Source: a virus (lineage: Duplodnaviria > Caudoviricetes). From it: a DNA stretch of 29,133 nucleotides. This document shows positions 26,529 through 29,133 of the stretch, in pieces. How positions within the stretch are numbered: the stretch's first letter is position 1; each line of letters starts with the position of its first letter. The position numbers and the translations under genes were made by a program. The notes below the pieces were generated by a model. That model did not search any database. It was not told where the DNA came from and saw nothing but the letters and a program-made list of their open reading frames with translations. The stretch spans positions 1 through 29,133 of IMG/VR virus record IMGVR_UViG_3300016667_000262; one strand, given 5' to 3'.

Positions 26529-26759
26529 ATGAAAAAACTATTAAACAAAGTATTAGAAGCAACTATAGTATTGCTATCTATCTTATTCCTAGGCTCATTA
26601 GTACCATTTGTAATTGCATTCTTTGTAGCTATTAGCACAAAATATACACTTGCAGATTGTACAATATGTAATCCTGTATTCTGGCTAATCAGTTTAGTTG
26701 GTTGGATTGCTGCAAGTCATTATGTTATGGAAGTCTTAATTGAAGAAAACCACAAGTAA
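26529..26759 (+). CDS. Small membrane protein (two predicted TM helices)
   Basis: 76 aa with two long hydrophobic segments flanking CTIC. Confidence 0.75.
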   Translation: MKKLLNKVLEATIVLLSILFLGSLVPFVIAFFVAISTKYTLADCTICNPVFWLISLVGWIAASHYVMEVLIEENHK

Positions 26760-26766
26760 ACTCAAT

Positions 26767-26806
26767 ATGTAGTGTTGTTATCTAATAATGACACTACATT
26801 TTTATT
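26767..26806 (+). terminator. Intrinsic terminator
   Basis: ATGTAGTGTTGTTA-TCTAA-TAATGACACTACAT followed by TTTTATT; the G-U pairs fit the plus strand. Confidence 0.8.
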
Positions 26807-26833
26807 ACTACTAATCCTTTAATCAAATAAACC

Positions 26834-27055
26834 ATGGAAAAAACAGCTAAACAATTAGCACAAGATCTTCAAAATCAAATAGATCTATTAAATTCTGATT
26901 ACAATCAAATGATTGGTATTACTGAAGAAGATTACCAAGAACAAATGAACTTTTATATCGACAAACTAAATGAGTTAGAAGATATACAAAATCAATCTGA
27001 ATTAGAACTATTAGATTATGAAGACATTATTGCTAATAGCATCTCTCAACTTTAA
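26834..27055 (+). CDS. Small highly acidic hypothetical protein
   Basis: 73 aa, Asp/Glu/Gln-rich, with an A-rich leader. Confidence 0.7.
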   Translation: MEKTAKQLAQDLQNQIDLLNSDYNQMIGITEEDYQEQMNFYIDKLNELEDIQNQSELELLDYEDIIANSISQL

Positions 27056-27227
27056 TCCTGATACAATATGTATGGATACTATCTATATAGATAGACCTGA
27101 ACTTGTACAATTATTTAAAGAGTTTTGGAAGAGAAATCCAATAGACACATTAAAAACACCAGTAATAACAATAAATCGTAAACAATGGATCAGATCTTAC
27201 TCACAATTCTCATCGTTAACCAAGTAA
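27018..27227 (+). CDS. Hypothetical protein
   Basis: 69 aa overlapping the upstream gene; short hydrophobic N-terminus. Confidence 0.55.
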   Translation: MKTLLLIASLNFNPDTICMDTIYIDRPELVQLFKEFWKRNPIDTLKTPVITINRKQWIRSYSQFSSLTK

Positions 27228-27277
27228 TCACAATTTCAATTTTAACATCAATCATTAAAAAACTAAAAGACAAATGA
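27185..27277 (+). CDS. Unannotated 30-aa single-TM peptide
   Basis: MDQILLTILIVNQVITISILTSIIKKLKDK*; leader AAACAATG; its stop overlaps the next ATG (ATGA). Confidence 0.55.
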   Translation: MDQILLTILIVNQVITISILTSIIKKLKDK

Positions 27278-27540
27278 AAAACGTATTAAGATTACCAAAT
27301 GACCCTGAATTAGTTAAATTAAGAGTCAACTGTGCTAATGATGCACAAATGGTTAAGGAAGGTTTAAGACCACCAGTTGTAATACCATCATCAGGTTATA
27401 AGAAATCTGATTATGAGAAATCAATGGTGAAGAAGTTTAAATATAGTAAACCTAATAGCACTCTACGAGATGAGTTTATTAGCACTATTTTAGGCTTTAA
27501 GAACAAGATTAAGTTCAATATTATACTCAAAGTAGTATGA
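27274..27540 (+). CDS. Hypothetical basic protein
   Basis: 88 aa with ATGA overlaps at both ends. Confidence 0.7.
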   Translation: MKNVLRLPNDPELVKLRVNCANDAQMVKEGLRPPVVIPSSGYKKSDYEKSMVKKFKYSKPNSTLRDEFISTILGFKNKIKFNIILKVV

Positions 27541-27782
27541 AAGAGCCCTTGTTCATAGACACTAAAATGACTGTTAAAGCAGAAAAATGGAGTGATCTAA
27601 AACAATATGGTACATCAATAGGGGGTATATTATACCTTCCTATTGGTTTATCTGTTAATAGATTACCTATTTGGAAGACTAAAGCAGCAGAATTAGAAGA
27701 ATTAGAAACCAATCAACAAGAAATAGTTGATATAAAACAATTAGAAAATAATGAAAACTACTCAACAAACACCGAAGACTGA
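27537..27782 (+). CDS. Hypothetical protein
   Basis: 81 aa, ATGA-coupled to the upstream gene. Confidence 0.65.
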   Translation: MKEPLFIDTKMTVKAEKWSDLKQYGTSIGGILYLPIGLSVNRLPIWKTKAAELEELETNQQEIVDIKQLENNENYSTNTED

Positions 27783-28080
27783 AACTGGTCTAATGAGAAA
27801 ATTAACTCAATCCAGTTATTGGAAATGGAGTGACCAAACAGTTAAGTTTATGGATACTAACCACATTAGAAGTTGTATTAAACAGCTTCAAAGATATAGT
27901 GAAGGTAGTACACATGGACATACTAAAAAAGAATGGTTAGAAGCATTTAAAACTGAATTAAAGTTTAGAAATGAACTAGCCGATTGTTACATGTTTATGA
28001 AATTTCCTGAATTTCAAAAAAAGTTTAAACAAGCAGTTAAAATTGCTATACAAGAAGAACAAAATCAAACTAATTATTAA
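27751..28080 (+). CDS. Hypothetical protein
   Basis: 109 aa (MDTNHIRSCI...WLEAFKTELKFR). Confidence 0.7.
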   Translation: MKTTQQTPKTETGLMRKLTQSSYWKWSDQTVKFMDTNHIRSCIKQLQRYSEGSTHGHTKKEWLEAFKTELKFRNELADCYMFMKFPEFQKKFKQAVKIAIQEEQNQTNY

Positions 28081-28099
28081 TTATTAAAATCAAATCAAG

Positions 28100-28696
28100 A
28101 TGAAAACAACTGTAAATGGAATCAGCAAAGAATTTAACGCAATTACTGTAGATGGTATTGTAGATTCATTAAAAGGACCTGAATTTAAGCAGGCTCAAAT
28201 TAGACAAACAATTATTTCTACCTATCCAGGTAAGAAAGTAGAGAATAGTATGTCTGATAGTTTATTTGATATTGAAGCATTTAATATCGAAGGAACTGAG
28301 TACAAGAGTACTCGTATGGCATGGGTATTAGTTCCAAATGGTGTAACTAAAGAACAAGTAGAAGCAATGCTTGCTACTAAACCTAATGCAAGAATCTGCA
28401 AGAAATACAGCAATAAGCTTGTTGATGTATTAACTGATGAGCAAAAATATGCTCTTAGTGCTGGTATTGTAACTAAAGAACAGTTGCAAGAAAAACATGT
28501 AATTAAAGACAGTAATGGTAATGTAGTTCAACCTATTCAATATTCTACAGGTTTCTTTGTAAATGATTATACTAATCATAAAGAATCTGCAAATGCTAAT
28601 GTATTTGGTGATGTTGATATGAGGACTGAAACTAAAGTTAGTACACCTGCTACATCAGCAGTTACTACTAAAGCTGTATTAGAGTCTTTAATGTAG
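28100..28696 (+). CDS. Hypothetical protein
   Basis: 198 aa with an A-rich leader, followed by a strong hairpin. Confidence 0.8.
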   Translation: MKTTVNGISKEFNAITVDGIVDSLKGPEFKQAQIRQTIISTYPGKKVENSMSDSLFDIEAFNIEGTEYKSTRMAWVLVPNGVTKEQVEAMLATKPNARICKKYSNKLVDVLTDEQKYALSAGIVTKEQLQEKHVIKDSNGNVVQPIQYSTGFFVNDYTNHKESANANVFGDVDMRTETKVSTPATSAVTTKAVLESLM

Positions 28697-28705
28697 TCAA
28701 TTAAT

Positions 28706-28737
28706 AGAGAGTAGTAGAAATACTACTCTCTTAATTT
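28706..28737 (+). terminator. Terminator-like hairpin with GAAA tetraloop
   Basis: AGAGAGTAGTA-GAAA-TACTACTCTCT-TAATTT; perfect 11-bp stem with a weak U tract. Confidence 0.65.
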
Positions 28738-28742
28738 AAAAC

Positions 28743-28860
28743 AAATAATGGCGTATGTATGAATAAGAATTTAATTTTATTATTAAATTACCATTGCTAG
28801 CAGTTGATCTCTTTGTATTATAAATACAAGATGGGTGTTACATTCTACATAACATTATTT
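28743..28860 (+). ncRNA. Closed multibranch stem-loop abutting the tRNA-like element
   Basis: AAATAATG/CATTATTT, TATGTA/TACATA and GAAT/ATTC close a domain containing AATTTAAT/ATTAAATT and TTGTATT/AATACAA. Confidence 0.4.
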
Positions 28861-28929
28861 AGTCAGGTAGTTTAATTAAAAAACAGTGGAGATTTCCTCA
28901 AGATACAGGGTTATTACCTGTCCTGACTA
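28861..28929 (+). pseudogene. Degenerate tRNA / tRNA-like element
   Basis: Acceptor AGTCAGG/CCTGACT-A, D stem GTTT/AAAC and T stem ACAGG/CCTGT are intact. The T loop is GTTATTA, the D loop lacks GG, and the anticodon arm is shortened with no readable anticodon. Confidence 0.65.
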
Positions 28930-28963
28930 CAGCATAATTATTAACAACTTAAATTATAAAACA

Positions 28964-29026
28964 ATGGATGAAGATGAAATTCCAATGGAAGTAGGTATTA
29001 CTGATATTGATACAGGAATACTTTAA
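28964..29026 (+). CDS. Unannotated 20-aa acidic micro-ORF between the tRNA-like elements
   Basis: MDEDEIPMEVGITDIDTGIL*, preceded by AAATTATAAAACA, similar to the leaders of the other plus-strand genes. Confidence 0.4.
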   Translation: MDEDEIPMEVGITDIDTGIL

Positions 29027-29033
29027 AAAAAAC

Positions 29034-29133
29034 AGTCAGGTGGCGAAATTGGCAAACGCTTGGTCTTATCAACCTATTAATAAACCTCTCCGAGGTTGTG
29101 AACCCGTGTGGGATACAGGTTCGAATCCTGTCC
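29034..29133 (+). tRNA. Atypical tRNA(-like) gene with expanded central region, truncated at the window end; isotype not assignable
   Basis: AGTCAGG-TG-GCG-AAATTGGCAAA-CGC class II-type D arm, canonical ACAGG-TTCGAAT-CCTGT T arm and start of the 3' acceptor (CC). About 55 nt lie between the D and T arms, with extra hairpins. Confidence 0.65.

Noticed and set aside
27527-28413. Minus-strand ORFs 27527-27712 and 28222-28413
   Set aside because: Antisense to tightly coupled plus-strand genes.
29065-29071. Reading the loop CTTATCA as a TAT (Ile) anticodon
   Set aside because: The stem has a mismatch, position 37 would be C, the D arm is class II-like, and extra hairpins follow, so the isotype cannot be supported.

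Overview
This 29 kb AT-rich window is a fragment of a crAss-like (Crassvirales-type) Bacteroidetes phage genome, read in the standard genetic code. Positions 1-23500 are one minus-strand late/structural block. In transcription order it holds an HTH-like protein, an HU/IHF-like protein, a Cys-rich protein, a GroES-like protein, a putative small terminase, the large terminase, the portal, an 894-aa modular 'xxGG'-repeat protein, a small zincin, an acidic scaffold-like protein, the major capsid protein, ring/auxiliary capsid proteins, and tail hub and tail fibre genes. A divergent control region at about 23500-24065 is followed by a plus-strand block of small, probably early, genes. The most unusual feature is a 1.6 kb stretch (24890-26528) with no ORF in the supplied track, tiled with closed multibranch stem-loops. 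It includes three cassettes with a conserved, covarying closing stem (ATCTC-AA-TGCA...TGCA-AA-GAGAT) around unrelated interiors. The window ends in two related, non-canonical tRNA-like elements. All assignments come from motif recognition and synteny by eye; no searches or folding programs were run.
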